A DNA stretch of 64,000 bases from Halorubrum sp. (GTDB lineage: Archaea > Halobacteriota > Halobacteria > Halobacteriales > Haloferacaceae), in contig JAQCNI010000008.1 in NCBI GenBank assembly GCA_028275105.1, forward strand, positions 764 through 64,763. Reading direction: 5' to 3'. Shown here in pieces: positions 46,585-55,675 of this stretch. The notes under the pieces are model-generated. The model was not told the origin of the DNA and did no database searches. It saw only the letters and a list, made by a program, of their open reading frames with translations. Made by a program: the position numbers and the translations under genes. How positions within the stretch are numbered: position 1 is the first letter of the stretch; every line of letters begins with the position of its first letter.

Positions 46585-47040
46585 TCAGCGGACGACGGTG
46601 ACCGGGACCGCCGCCCGACGGACGACTCCCTCCGCGACGCTTCCGAGCACGACGCGAGAGAGGCCGGTCCGGCCGCGGCTGGCAAGCGCGATGTGGTCGA
46701 ACGGCTCCGGGTCGGTCCCGTCCGCCCCAGTGCCGGAAGCGTCGCCGTCGGCAACGTCGAGGATCGTCGCGGCGGGACGACCGACTTCCAGCCGCGTGGC
46801 GATCTCGCGATCGAACCGGTCCGTCGCCTCGGAGAGAACCCGCTTGCCCCGCACTCTCGCGCTGTCGTACCACTGATCGACGGCGCCGGGGAACCCGCCC
46901 TCCGCACCGGTCGTCGACTCCGCCGGGTTGATCACGTGGAGGGCGGTCAGTTCGGCGTCGGGCCACTCCTCGGCCGCGAACCGGAGCGCCTCGGTCGCCT
47001 CCGCCGACCCGTCGACCGCCACGAGGATCCGTTTCGACAT
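46585..47040 (-). CDS. Universal stress protein (UspA family)
   Basis: ILVAVDGS..A..AL.FA and G.RGR.G..R..LGSVAE.V.R.A..PV.VV. Confidence 0.85.
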   Translation of the reverse strand: MSKRILVAVDGSAEATEALRFAAEEWPDAELTALHVINPAESTTGAEGGFPGAVDQWYDSARVRGKRVLSEATDRFDREIATRLEVGRPAATILDVADGDASGTGADGTDPEPFDHIALASRGRTGLSRVVLGSVAEGVVRRAAVPVTVVR

Positions 47041-47121
47041 GGGCGCCGATTCTCCGAGGGGTGACAAAAATCCGTCGTCGGGTCACCGGACGACTGCCCG
47101 GGGTGGCGGCGGCGACCCGGT

Positions 47122-49080
47122 TCAATCCCCGTGACGCGTGACGCACGTGGACAGGCCGACCAGCTCCACGGGCTCGGAGTTGTCCGGCGAGTAGACGACC
47201 ATCTGTCCCTGTTCCATGTACGGGACCTTGCCGGCGAGGCTCGTCGGAATGTTCACGCTCTTGATGGCGTCCTCGTCGCCGAGGTTCAACACCACCTTCG
47301 TGTTGACCTGCTTGAACACCGACTCGGCGACGTCCTGTGGGTCCTGCGTGATGAGAAACAGTCCGAGTCGCTCCTTGCGCCCCTGTTTGGCGGCCTCGGT
47401 GAACTTCCCGATCACCCTGTTCGCCTGAACCGTATCGGCGTCAGTCAGGAAGTTGTGTGCCTCGTCCATCCCGATCAGCAACGGGGTCTCCTTGATCCGG
47501 TCGCTTCCCGGGTCGTTCGACAGTTTGTCGTCGATGAGCAGCGTCGACGCCACAAGCACGAACATCTCCTTCTGGCGCGAGGAGGCGAGGTGATACGTCG
47601 GGATCACCGTCAGCCCGCCCGGTCGAACGAGCGTGTGATCGAGGTCCGTGATCGGTTTCGCGTCGCCGTCGAAGACCCCGCCGGGCACCGCCCGGACGCG
47701 ACGCATCACGGCCTCGAACGTCTTCTCGTGGACCCGACCGGTCTCGTCGAGCTCCGTTTTCAGCGCCGGGTCGTCGAGGAACGAGAGGAACTGCCGGTAC
47801 GTCCCCGAGTCGCCGTGGCCGTCGAAGAACCGGTTCAGCAGGGTGAGCAACCCGGAGTACTGGTTGTCGTTGAGGCCGCTCCCCGCGATGAGCCACGGCA
47901 TGTCGTACTCGTTCACCATCGAGAACGGGATCGTGAACTCGACCTGCTCGGCACGGTGGCCGTCGGCGGAGTACGTCGCGTTCGGCACGGTGGGCACGAG
48001 CGCGACCGTGTCCTCGTGGCCGCCATGGGCGATCCCCTCCCGTTCCAGCCGCCGTGCGGTCGCCGCGTCGAGCGCGGGGTTGTCGTCGTGCATCTGGGCG
48101 TACTCGTCCTGTGGGTCGAACTGGACGACGGCCATCCGCGCCTCGCGGCCGTCGTCCATCGGGTAGGTCCGGTCGGAGTCGAGATACTGCCGGAGGACGT
48201 TCTTCGAGGCGTGGGTCTTCCCCGACCCGGTCCCGCCGGCGACGAGGGTGTGTCTGAACGCGAGCGGATCGCCGTCATCGTAGTCGTCGGTGATCCGGTA
48301 GTCGACGGTCGGAGGCTCCGCGGCGGTCCGGACCGTCTCGCCGCCGACCGAGAGATGCCCCAGGAACACGCCCGTTTCGGGGATCTTCAGGCCCGTCTTG
48401 ATCTCCGCGTCGTCCGCGGCCGCCTCGACCACCGCGCCCGGTTTCGGCACGCGGTCGGTCATCCGGCGGCTGAGCCCGTCGCCGTCGGCGTACACGACGG
48501 ACATCGGCTCCAGTTCGGCCATGAACTTGTAGTCGCGTTCCGCGAAGTCGTCGCGGCGCATCTGCCGCCGGGCGTGGATCTCCGTTGCGTCGTCGGAGCG
48601 AAACTCCTGGGCGTACTCGAGGGCGGTGATCCGACAGAACAGCCGTTCCCCGTCCGGGTACGGAACGATGAGGTACTTCCCGAGTCGAACCGAGTCGCGG
48701 TTGTCGGTCGTCACGAACGCCCGCAACGTCGTGTCCTCCGCCTCCTCGGCGACCCGGAGCCCCTGCGAGACGGAGACGACGCCGAGCCCGGCGTCGCTTC
48801 CGGCCGCCTCGGCGTCGTACGGGGCGAACTCGGCGTCACCCTCGGGGGCGCGGTCGGCGGCGACCCCCGGGTCCGGATCGGCCTGCGTCGCCCGCCCGGC
48901 GCCGCCGTCCACGGCATCCGAACCGTCCGACGTGCCGACGTCACCCGTCCCGTCGACGTCGGCCGACTCACCCTCGTCCGGGTCGGCCGACTCACCCTCG
49001 TCCGGGTCGGCCGACTCACCCTCGTTCGGGTCGGCCGACCCCTCGTCGTCGGTGAACTCGCTGAAATCCTCCAGGGTCAT
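47122..49080 (-). CDS. HerA-like (DUF87/FtsK-HerA superfamily) ATPase with an acidic repeat N-terminus
   Basis: An N-terminal barrel-like region, then Walker A LVAGGTGSGKTH and Walker B LIGMDEAHNF. EGESADPD occurs three times near the N-terminus (24-bp DNA repeat, about 48958-49045). Confidence 0.75.
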   Translation of the reverse strand: MTLEDFSEFTDDEGSADPNEGESADPDEGESADPDEGESADVDGTGDVGTSDGSDAVDGGAGRATQADPDPGVAADRAPEGDAEFAPYDAEAAGSDAGLGVVSVSQGLRVAEEAEDTTLRAFVTTDNRDSVRLGKYLIVPYPDGERLFCRITALEYAQEFRSDDATEIHARRQMRRDDFAERDYKFMAELEPMSVVYADGDGLSRRMTDRVPKPGAVVEAAADDAEIKTGLKIPETGVFLGHLSVGGETVRTAAEPPTVDYRITDDYDDGDPLAFRHTLVAGGTGSGKTHASKNVLRQYLDSDRTYPMDDGREARMAVVQFDPQDEYAQMHDDNPALDAATARRLEREGIAHGGHEDTVALVPTVPNATYSADGHRAEQVEFTIPFSMVNEYDMPWLIAGSGLNDNQYSGLLTLLNRFFDGHGDSGTYRQFLSFLDDPALKTELDETGRVHEKTFEAVMRRVRAVPGGVFDGDAKPITDLDHTLVRPGGLTVIPTYHLASSRQKEMFVLVASTLLIDDKLSNDPGSDRIKETPLLIGMDEAHNFLTDADTVQANRVIGKFTEAAKQGRKERLGLFLITQDPQDVAESVFKQVNTKVVLNLGDEDAIKSVNIPTSLAGKVPYMEQGQMVVYSPDNSEPVELVGLSTCVTRHGD

Positions 49081-49172
49081 GCCCGATCCACCGGCCCCCG
49101 AGCCGAAAGCGTTTCCCCCCGTGCCACGGCCGACCGCGGACGGTTTTTAACTGGGGACTCCCTAACTGACTC

Positions 49173-49508
49173 ATGTTACTCGTTTGCGGTAGCGGCGGCG
49201 GGACGGACCTCACCGGCACGGTGTTCGAGCGGGGTGAGGACCCGCCGAGTTACAAGGGCGCTCCGGACGAGGACGCCCCGTACGTCTGGGTGTGCGACTC
49301 CTTCTATCAAGTCGAGAGCGGCGGGTCGGCGCTTCGCGTCGACGGCTCCGAGATCCGGGTCGCGTTCGAGGAGCCGATGCCGCGCGGGTTCGACACCAAG
49401 GACACGGCGGTGACGGCCGCCGAGGAGCACGTCCGGACGCAGTTCGCGCGGATCGGCGTCGATCCCGGAACCGTCGACGTCGAAGTGACGAAGGCGGATC
49501 CGGTCTGA
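49173..49508 (+). CDS. Hypothetical protein, divergent from the HerA-like gene
   Basis: 111 aa, acidic. No family recognised. Confidence 0.4.
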   Translation: MLLVCGSGGGTDLTGTVFERGEDPPSYKGAPDEDAPYVWVCDSFYQVESGGSALRVDGSEIRVAFEEPMPRGFDTKDTAVTAAEEHVRTQFARIGVDPGTVDVEVTKADPV

Positions 49509-49787
49509 GCGGGGGTTTGATCGGGCGTTGAACGGAGAGCAAAGGGTGGTGTCCGTCGGAAGAAGATTGACACGATCCCCGGGGGATCGGGATCGTTGCT
49601 CGACGGGCCCGCCGCTCACGGCGAGCGTCGGCCGCGTTCACGAGTTCGGGCAGGCGATACCGCCGAGCGGGGGCCAGTGCGTCGGGGCGACGCGCTCGGA
49701 GGGATACCGCGCTGCCCGGTGATCCGCTCGGGGATCGGCGATCAAAACGTTTTGACGGCGGTGCGACGGCCGTCCGACCGCCCGGTC

Positions 49788-50756
49788 TCAGCGTCGGACC
49801 GCTTCGGCCTCGGGTCGCGTCGGTAACGCCGCCATCGCTCCCTTGGCGGTCGTCGAACGCGCCGCCACGGCGTTGGCGAACGCCAGCGCCTCGTCGAGCG
49901 AGTCGCCGTCGGACAGCGCCGCGATCACGCCCGCGGTGAACGCGTCGCCCGCACCGGTCACGTCGACGGCGTCAACCGAGTACCCGCCGTGTTGGACGAC
50001 GATCGGCTCCGGCGTCCGATTCCACGGGGCCTCGGGCGTCACCCGCGCGAGGGCGCCGTCGGCCCCCCGAGTGATGACCGCCGTATGCGGGCCCCGTTCG
50101 CAGATGGTCCGCGCGAGGGCCGGCGCGTCGTCGTCGGTCGCGATCCCGTCGGCCAGGTCCGCGGCCACGAGATCCGTGGTCGTCGCCTTCACCACGTCCG
50201 CGAGGTCGAACGCGCGCCGACAGGTTCCGGCGAAGTCGACGCCGTCGAACAGTTCCGGACGGGCGTTCGGGTCGAACGAGACGACCGCGTCGTCGCCGGC
50301 CCGCGACATGAGGTCGAAGGTCGTCGTCCGGCTCGGGTCGGTCGCGAGGGCGACGCCACCGGGGTGAACCCAGCCGACGTCCGCGAGGATATCGTCGTCG
50401 ACGGTCCCCCGATCCATCCGGGTATCGGCGGTCCCATCCCGATAGAAACTGAACGCCCGGTCCGCATCGGGGGCATGGTTGAGGAACGCGAGCGTCGTGT
50501 CCGCGTCGGGATCCCGTTCGATCAGGGCCTCACGGACGCCGGCCTCGCTGAGAGTGTCGACCAGGTGATCGCCGAACGGGTCGTCGCCGACGCGGGTCCA
50601 AAACAGCGGAGGGTTGCCGAGTCGGGCGAGACCGACGGCGACGTTGGCGGGCGCACCGCCGGCGCGTCGGTGGAACGTCTCGACGTCGTCGAGCGTTCCG
50701 TGGCCGTCCGGAATGAAGTCAATGAGCGTCTCGCCGGTCACGAGGAGTCCGGTCAT
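49788..50756 (-). CDS. PfkB-family carbohydrate kinase (KDG kinase / fructokinase-like)
   Basis: GETLIDF, GGAPANVAVGLARLG and the C-terminal DVTGAGDAF motif. ATG at 50756, with an alternative at 50780. Confidence 0.8.
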   Translation of the reverse strand: MTGLLVTGETLIDFIPDGHGTLDDVETFHRRAGGAPANVAVGLARLGNPPLFWTRVGDDPFGDHLVDTLSEAGVREALIERDPDADTTLAFLNHAPDADRAFSFYRDGTADTRMDRGTVDDDILADVGWVHPGGVALATDPSRTTTFDLMSRAGDDAVVSFDPNARPELFDGVDFAGTCRRAFDLADVVKATTTDLVAADLADGIATDDDAPALARTICERGPHTAVITRGADGALARVTPEAPWNRTPEPIVVQHGGYSVDAVDVTGAGDAFTAGVIAALSDGDSLDEALAFANAVAARSTTAKGAMAALPTRPEAEAVRR

Positions 50757-51105
50757 GGATTCCCATCCGAACGGATCCATGGAAGACGTTGGGGTTCCCG
50801 GGCAGGGATCGTGCTCGCTCCGGACCCACGATCACTCCGTTCCGTCGTCGTCCCCGCAGACGCCGTGCGGGAGTCTCGTTGACTCCAAGAGCGATGGGAC
50901 GCGGAAGTTCCTGACGCCGTTCGAGCGCTGCCGCTGGGGAACCTACCCCCGGTATCACGCGCTGCTCGTCCTCGGCGACATCGATGGGTCGTTCGATCTC
51001 GTCGCGGAGCGGCGGCTTCCGGAAGGGAGGGCTGAACCGAATGCCTAGCCGCGATCCCGAGGGGGCGACTCGCCCGGCCTCAAACGGCCGACTACCACCA
51101 CCCGA

Positions 51106-51693
51106 TCACTCCGACCAGCCGGGCTGCGTGTCCCAGTCCGGAGCCGGAGCAAGCCAGTGTTCGTCGTTCCACCCGTCGGTGTCGTCCCGGAGGAAGGCGG
51201 TGTCCGCCGGGGTGTTCATGATCTCGAGTTGGAGCCCCCAAGACGTCGTAAAGTAGACGAACGTCTGTCCCGCCTCGGGTCCCTCCTCGGCGGTTCGCGG
51301 TTCGCCCTGAATCTCGACGCCGTCGGCGTCGCGGAGGTACTCCAGGGCCGCATCGATGTCGTCGACCTGAAAACAGAGGTGTGCCGCGCCGTTGTCGCTG
51401 TTCGTCGGAGTCCCTTCGCGCCGCTCCGGGTCGTCGTAGTCCAACAGCTCGACCATGGTGTTCGGTCCACAGCGGAGCTTCACGAGGCGCATCGTCGAGT
51501 CCGGATGGACGCCGAGGTTTCGCTCCATCCAGTCCTGCGTCGAATCGTCGATTGGCGGGGTCGTTTCGAACACCGTTTCACAGCCGAGAACGTCGACGAA
51601 GAACTCGTGAGCTTCGTCCAAGTCGGGAACGGAAATGCCGACGTGGTCGATGCTTCGAGCCGTGGGAATACCCGTGTGCGTGCTGTCGGACAT
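51106..51693 (-). CDS. VOC (glyoxalase/bleomycin-resistance/dioxygenase) family protein
   Basis: IDHVGISVPDLDEAHEFFVDVLG and AHLCFQVDDIDAALEYL. ATG at 51693. Confidence 0.75.
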   Translation of the reverse strand: MSDSTHTGIPTARSIDHVGISVPDLDEAHEFFVDVLGCETVFETTPPIDDSTQDWMERNLGVHPDSTMRLVKLRCGPNTMVELLDYDDPERREGTPTNSDNGAAHLCFQVDDIDAALEYLRDADGVEIQGEPRTAEEGPEAGQTFVYFTTSWGLQLEIMNTPADTAFLRDDTDGWNDEHWLAPAPDWDTQPGWSE

Positions 51694-52088
51694 CGGTTCG
51701 GACGTCGACGAACGGGCATAAACGTCTGGTGTTTGGAGAGGGGAGCGTCGTCGCGACGAGCGTCTTTCCACGCTCGCCGACGGGGGATTCGTTGACACGA
51801 GGACGGGAACCCACGGTGCGACCCTGTACCGACGGTCGGCGGGGTCGCTCGTCGTCGAACGGCCGGCGGACATCCTCTCGGAGGTTTCGATCGGCGGGCT
51901 CCGAGATCGGATCGCGGAGATGCGGGAACGGATCACGAAATACGACGGCAGTGTGTCGTTGCGTCACCGGAGGTGCCGGCGGTCGAACGAACTCCTCGAC
52001 GGGTCCGATGCCGACGGAGCCGAGCCCGATGAGTCCGAACCGGGACTTGTGCCGACGGTTTATATCGTTGAGACGTTGATGAGCGTGT

Positions 52089-52793
52089 ATGAGTGTTGTA
52101 TACGATTTCAGCGATCAGGTAGCCGTCGTCACTGGAAGTTGCGGAGCGCTTGGCAGTGCGGTCGCTACTGCGTTCGCTGATGCCGGGGCAACCGTCGCTG
52201 CCTGTGATATCGTCGACATCAACGCTGAAGAATCACTGCTCGAATCACGAGAGAACATCGCGTTTTATCAAGCGGACTTTACTGATAACGCCGTTGTCGC
52301 GGACACCATCGACCGAATCCTGAACGATCACGGGCGAATTGACTGTCTACTCAATGTTGCTGGGACGTGGCGTGGTGGCGACCCGGTTGAAGAGACCGAC
52401 GCTGACCTCTTCGAGATGTTGTTTGATGTTAATCTCAAGACGATGTTTCTTGCAACGAAACATGCGCTCCCCTCGCTTCAAGAGACGGAAGGCGCTATTG
52501 TGAGCGTCTCTGCGCGCTCCGGTACTGAGGGTGGAACTGGCGATGGACTGTACCGGGCGACGAAGGCGAGCGTCCGAATCATGACGGAGACGATCGCTGA
52601 GGAGAATCTTGGAACGGTAGAGGCGAACTGTGTCATGCCGAGCGTATTGGACACACCGATGAACCGTGAGATGATGACACCGAGCGATGAGTGGGTCGAT
52701 CCTGCTGATGTTGCCGAGGTGATCCTGTTCCTCTGTTCCGAAGCCGCATCAGTCACAAGCGGCGCGGCCGTCCCTGTCTACGGTGAAGCCTGA
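52089..52793 (+). CDS. SDR-family oxidoreductase
   Basis: VAVVTGSCGALGSAV (TGxxxGxG), NVAG and the Y...K catalytic pair (YRATK). Confidence 0.85.
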   Translation: MSVVYDFSDQVAVVTGSCGALGSAVATAFADAGATVAACDIVDINAEESLLESRENIAFYQADFTDNAVVADTIDRILNDHGRIDCLLNVAGTWRGGDPVEETDADLFEMLFDVNLKTMFLATKHALPSLQETEGAIVSVSARSGTEGGTGDGLYRATKASVRIMTETIAEENLGTVEANCVMPSVLDTPMNREMMTPSDEWVDPADVAEVILFLCSEAASVTSGAAVPVYGEA

Positions 52794-52807
52794 TCCCATA
52801 CACCGCG

Positions 52808-55675
52808 CTACCGGGTAATGGTCAGCGGTGATAGTTCGACCGTTTCGTCGTCGGCAGTATAGAAGATCTGTATCGAAATGTCCCGATTAGGGTATTCGTT
52901 CGCCACAACGTGGTAGTACACGCTGAGTTGCTTCCGGTATTCAGATTCAGCGTGACGGCCACGATCAGTTTTGTAGTCGATAATCTGAACCTGTTCCGGG
53001 GTAGTTACCAGTAGATCAATGATCCCGACGAGCGTAATCTGTGGCTCCAGATCAAGTGGCAAGATCGCTGTGATCTCCGGTTTAAGTGTACCATCGAGAG
53101 AATCAAGCAGCGTTTTGACGTGTTCTTGATCGCTACCGACGGGCGAAACGTCTTTTCTCCGAACGTAGTCTTCTGCGAACTGATGTAGTCGGTCTCCGAA
53201 CTCCGTTCCTCGTCCTTCGTCCACGTCGTCGTAGATACTGTCGTCCATAATCTCGTGGACGCTCAGTCGACGCGAACGGGAGCGTTCTGGAACCGTAACG
53301 GAGAACGCTTCATCGTCGACCTCTTCGAGTTCTCGCGCGGTAACGGATGGGTCAATCTCCGTTGAATCAACGGATAATTCTGTGAAGAATGGACTTGGAT
53401 TGTCTCCAGCGGTGAAGAACAAGTGTCGCTTCGCTCGTGTGACGGCGACGTAGAAGAGTCGGCGCTCTTCATCGTAGTCGGATGGAAGACAACCTGTTAG
53501 AAGATCGTACGACCAATGCTTGTACACGTACGGGCGTCCGTTCGAGTCATCATATACTGAGCGTTGTCTGAGACCGATCGGCTCCTGATACTGGATTGTC
53601 CCTGATGATGGCTTTCCGTAGTGGGGAAAGGCACGACGATTCATGTTTGCGCAGAAGACGATTGGATACTCTAGTCCCTTCGCGCCGTGGATCGTCTGTA
53701 GCGTCACGGAGTCATCACCTGGACTCGAATCGATCTCAACCGTCGACCCGGCTTCGAGAGTTGATTCAATGTACGCGATCGCTTCGCTCCAAGTCGAAAG
53801 CGTTGCGTCGTACATCCCGGTGAGTTCCCGAAGCAGGCCATTTGCATACGCCCCATCGTAGCCGTATTCATCAAAGACGGTTCGAGCGAACCCACCGAGC
53901 GTTTCACACTCACGGAGTTCGTCTCGAAACGCGATCATCGACTCGGGATACGCGTCCGTTTTGAGGGTCTCCTTGGCTCGTGGAAGCGTGTATCCAGCAT
54001 CTTCCAGTACTGCTGCCCATCCCCGTTTCTCATTGGCTTCACAGATTCGGAGCCACGCGAGGAGTAGCTTTGCTTGGTCGGTGTCGAACAGTTCGATTCC
54101 ACCTTCGTAGGCGATCGGAATCCCGTATTCCTGGGCCGTTTCGAGGAGTTCTCTGGCGAACGATCGCGTCCGTGTGAAGACGGCGATGTCGTCGTAGGAT
54201 GGCTTTCCAAGCCGTTCGCGTTCGGCAGCCGCTTTCTCGGAAGAAGACATCTCGTCGGTCGTTTTCGGCTCGTCTCGAACCTCAACGCTATACGTTTCGT
54301 TGTCGACGACGTGCTGTATCCGATCGAGAATTACTTCGGGTTCATCCTCGTGTGTCACCGCCTCGGTCCGGCTGTTATCGACGTGATTTGTCGCTTTTAG
54401 CGGCGTGAGTTCCTTCTCAATCGCGTCCTCATCGATCGATTCACTGCTAGTAGCTGGAACGGTCAGCGTTTCCGTGGCCAGCGACAGGATTGACTCCGTC
54501 GATCGGTAATTCAACTGTAGCGGGATCTCTTCGATGTCGTCGACTGGATACGTGATCCTGTCTTCGCCGCGGTTCAGTTCGGCTTTGTAGCGGGCGATTC
54601 GTTCGTCGAACCGTTGAATGTTTTCGACGGTGGTATACTGGAACCCGTAGATGCTCTGCTTCCAGTCCCCGACGACACAGATGTTGTCTCGCTCGGAGAG
54701 GAGCAGCGTGAGCTTGAACTGGAGTTCATTAGTATCTTGGAACTCGTCGACCATCACGTACTGATGTTGTACTCCCTTGCGGACGCCCGGATTTTCACAC
54801 AGCATCACGAACGCAAACGCGAGCATGAGGCCCTGTGTGAGGTAATTGCGTTCCAGTGTATGCTGTAGATACTCGAAGTACACGTCGTGGACGAACTCAA
54901 ACAGCTCTTCGCGGTCTTCATCGAATGCTTGCTCGACCGGGTCGGCGTGTACCTGCGGGTAGCCGACGATCTCGTCTGCAGTCGGTGCATCGGGTGCGTA
55001 TTCCGTGTTCTCCCAACCACTTACTGACGAGCGGGCATCGGATTGTATTGGACCGTTTGCGCCATCGTTCGGCTGATTCTGGCGCTCGAAAAGTTCCATG
55101 AACTCGTCCCGGTTTCCGTCGAGTGCCGCACCGGTCTCTCGATACCAGCCATCTCGGTGTGGGATCACGCCCTTTGCAGCGAGTTCAGCGACCAACGATC
55201 GAAGCGAACTGGGCGTGTCGATGGCAGCAAACAACTGTTCGTACTCCGGGTGTTGGTCCTCGAACCGCGAAGCAAATGTTTTGAACAGCGTTCGTTCCCG
55301 AAGTTCGTCCTCGATCAGATCCAGTGACTGTGGGATCTGGTCATTGATCCCGAGGTCGCTCGGTGTCTCGTGCCCGTATCGTCGGAGCAGTTGATAACAG
55401 TAGCCGTGGAACGTGCTGATCGGAGCGTCCTGTAGTTGGACGGGATCATAGGGAGATTGCTGAGCAATGCGATCTGCCATTTCCTCAGCCGCATTCCGGG
55501 TGAACGTGACTAACAGAATGTCATCCGGTTCGATTCCCGGCTGTTCGAGGATATTCGCGTACCGATGTGTGATGGTGAACGTTTTCCCGGTTCCAGCGCC
55601 GGCATTAACGAGATAGATCCCATCGGTACTATTGATCAACTTTTGCTGATCGGGATTGGGTGAAATCCTAGTCAT
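52808..55675 (-). CDS. UvrD/PcrA/AddA-like SF1 helicase fused to a C-terminal PD-(D/E)XK (RecB-type) nuclease
   Basis: Motifs: I NAGAGTGKT, Ia LLVTFTRNAAEEM, II VMVDEFQDTN, III VVGDWKQSIYGF, IV LNYRS, V TIHGAKGLEYPIVF, VI LFYVAVTRAKRHL. The nuclease part has GDRLHQFAE, GIIDLL, IIDYKTD and QLSVYYHV. Confidence 0.85.
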   Translation of the reverse strand: MTRISPNPDQQKLINSTDGIYLVNAGAGTGKTFTITHRYANILEQPGIEPDDILLVTFTRNAAEEMADRIAQQSPYDPVQLQDAPISTFHGYCYQLLRRYGHETPSDLGINDQIPQSLDLIEDELRERTLFKTFASRFEDQHPEYEQLFAAIDTPSSLRSLVAELAAKGVIPHRDGWYRETGAALDGNRDEFMELFERQNQPNDGANGPIQSDARSSVSGWENTEYAPDAPTADEIVGYPQVHADPVEQAFDEDREELFEFVHDVYFEYLQHTLERNYLTQGLMLAFAFVMLCENPGVRKGVQHQYVMVDEFQDTNELQFKLTLLLSERDNICVVGDWKQSIYGFQYTTVENIQRFDERIARYKAELNRGEDRITYPVDDIEEIPLQLNYRSTESILSLATETLTVPATSSESIDEDAIEKELTPLKATNHVDNSRTEAVTHEDEPEVILDRIQHVVDNETYSVEVRDEPKTTDEMSSSEKAAAERERLGKPSYDDIAVFTRTRSFARELLETAQEYGIPIAYEGGIELFDTDQAKLLLAWLRICEANEKRGWAAVLEDAGYTLPRAKETLKTDAYPESMIAFRDELRECETLGGFARTVFDEYGYDGAYANGLLRELTGMYDATLSTWSEAIAYIESTLEAGSTVEIDSSPGDDSVTLQTIHGAKGLEYPIVFCANMNRRAFPHYGKPSSGTIQYQEPIGLRQRSVYDDSNGRPYVYKHWSYDLLTGCLPSDYDEERRLFYVAVTRAKRHLFFTAGDNPSPFFTELSVDSTEIDPSVTARELEEVDDEAFSVTVPERSRSRRLSVHEIMDDSIYDDVDEGRGTEFGDRLHQFAEDYVRRKDVSPVGSDQEHVKTLLDSLDGTLKPEITAILPLDLEPQITLVGIIDLLVTTPEQVQIIDYKTDRGRHAESEYRKQLSVYYHVVANEYPNRDISIQIFYTADDETVELSPLTITR

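Noticed and set aside
51700-52088. Minus-strand frame reading FGLIGLGSVGIGPVEEF (Rossmann-like) between the VOC and SDR genes
   Set aside because: There is no in-frame ATG, GTG or TTG between the upstream stop and GTG 51967. The remainder is Arg/Pro-rich, so the resemblance to a dinucleotide-binding N-terminus is probably chance.
51900-52100. Direct repeat of the tRNA-Val 3' half (att site) at the left edge of the low-G+C island
   Set aside because: The best candidate by eye (gagtccgaaccgggac against ggattcgaaccgccgg) is short and gapped, which is not convincing. The island boundary therefore stays approximate.
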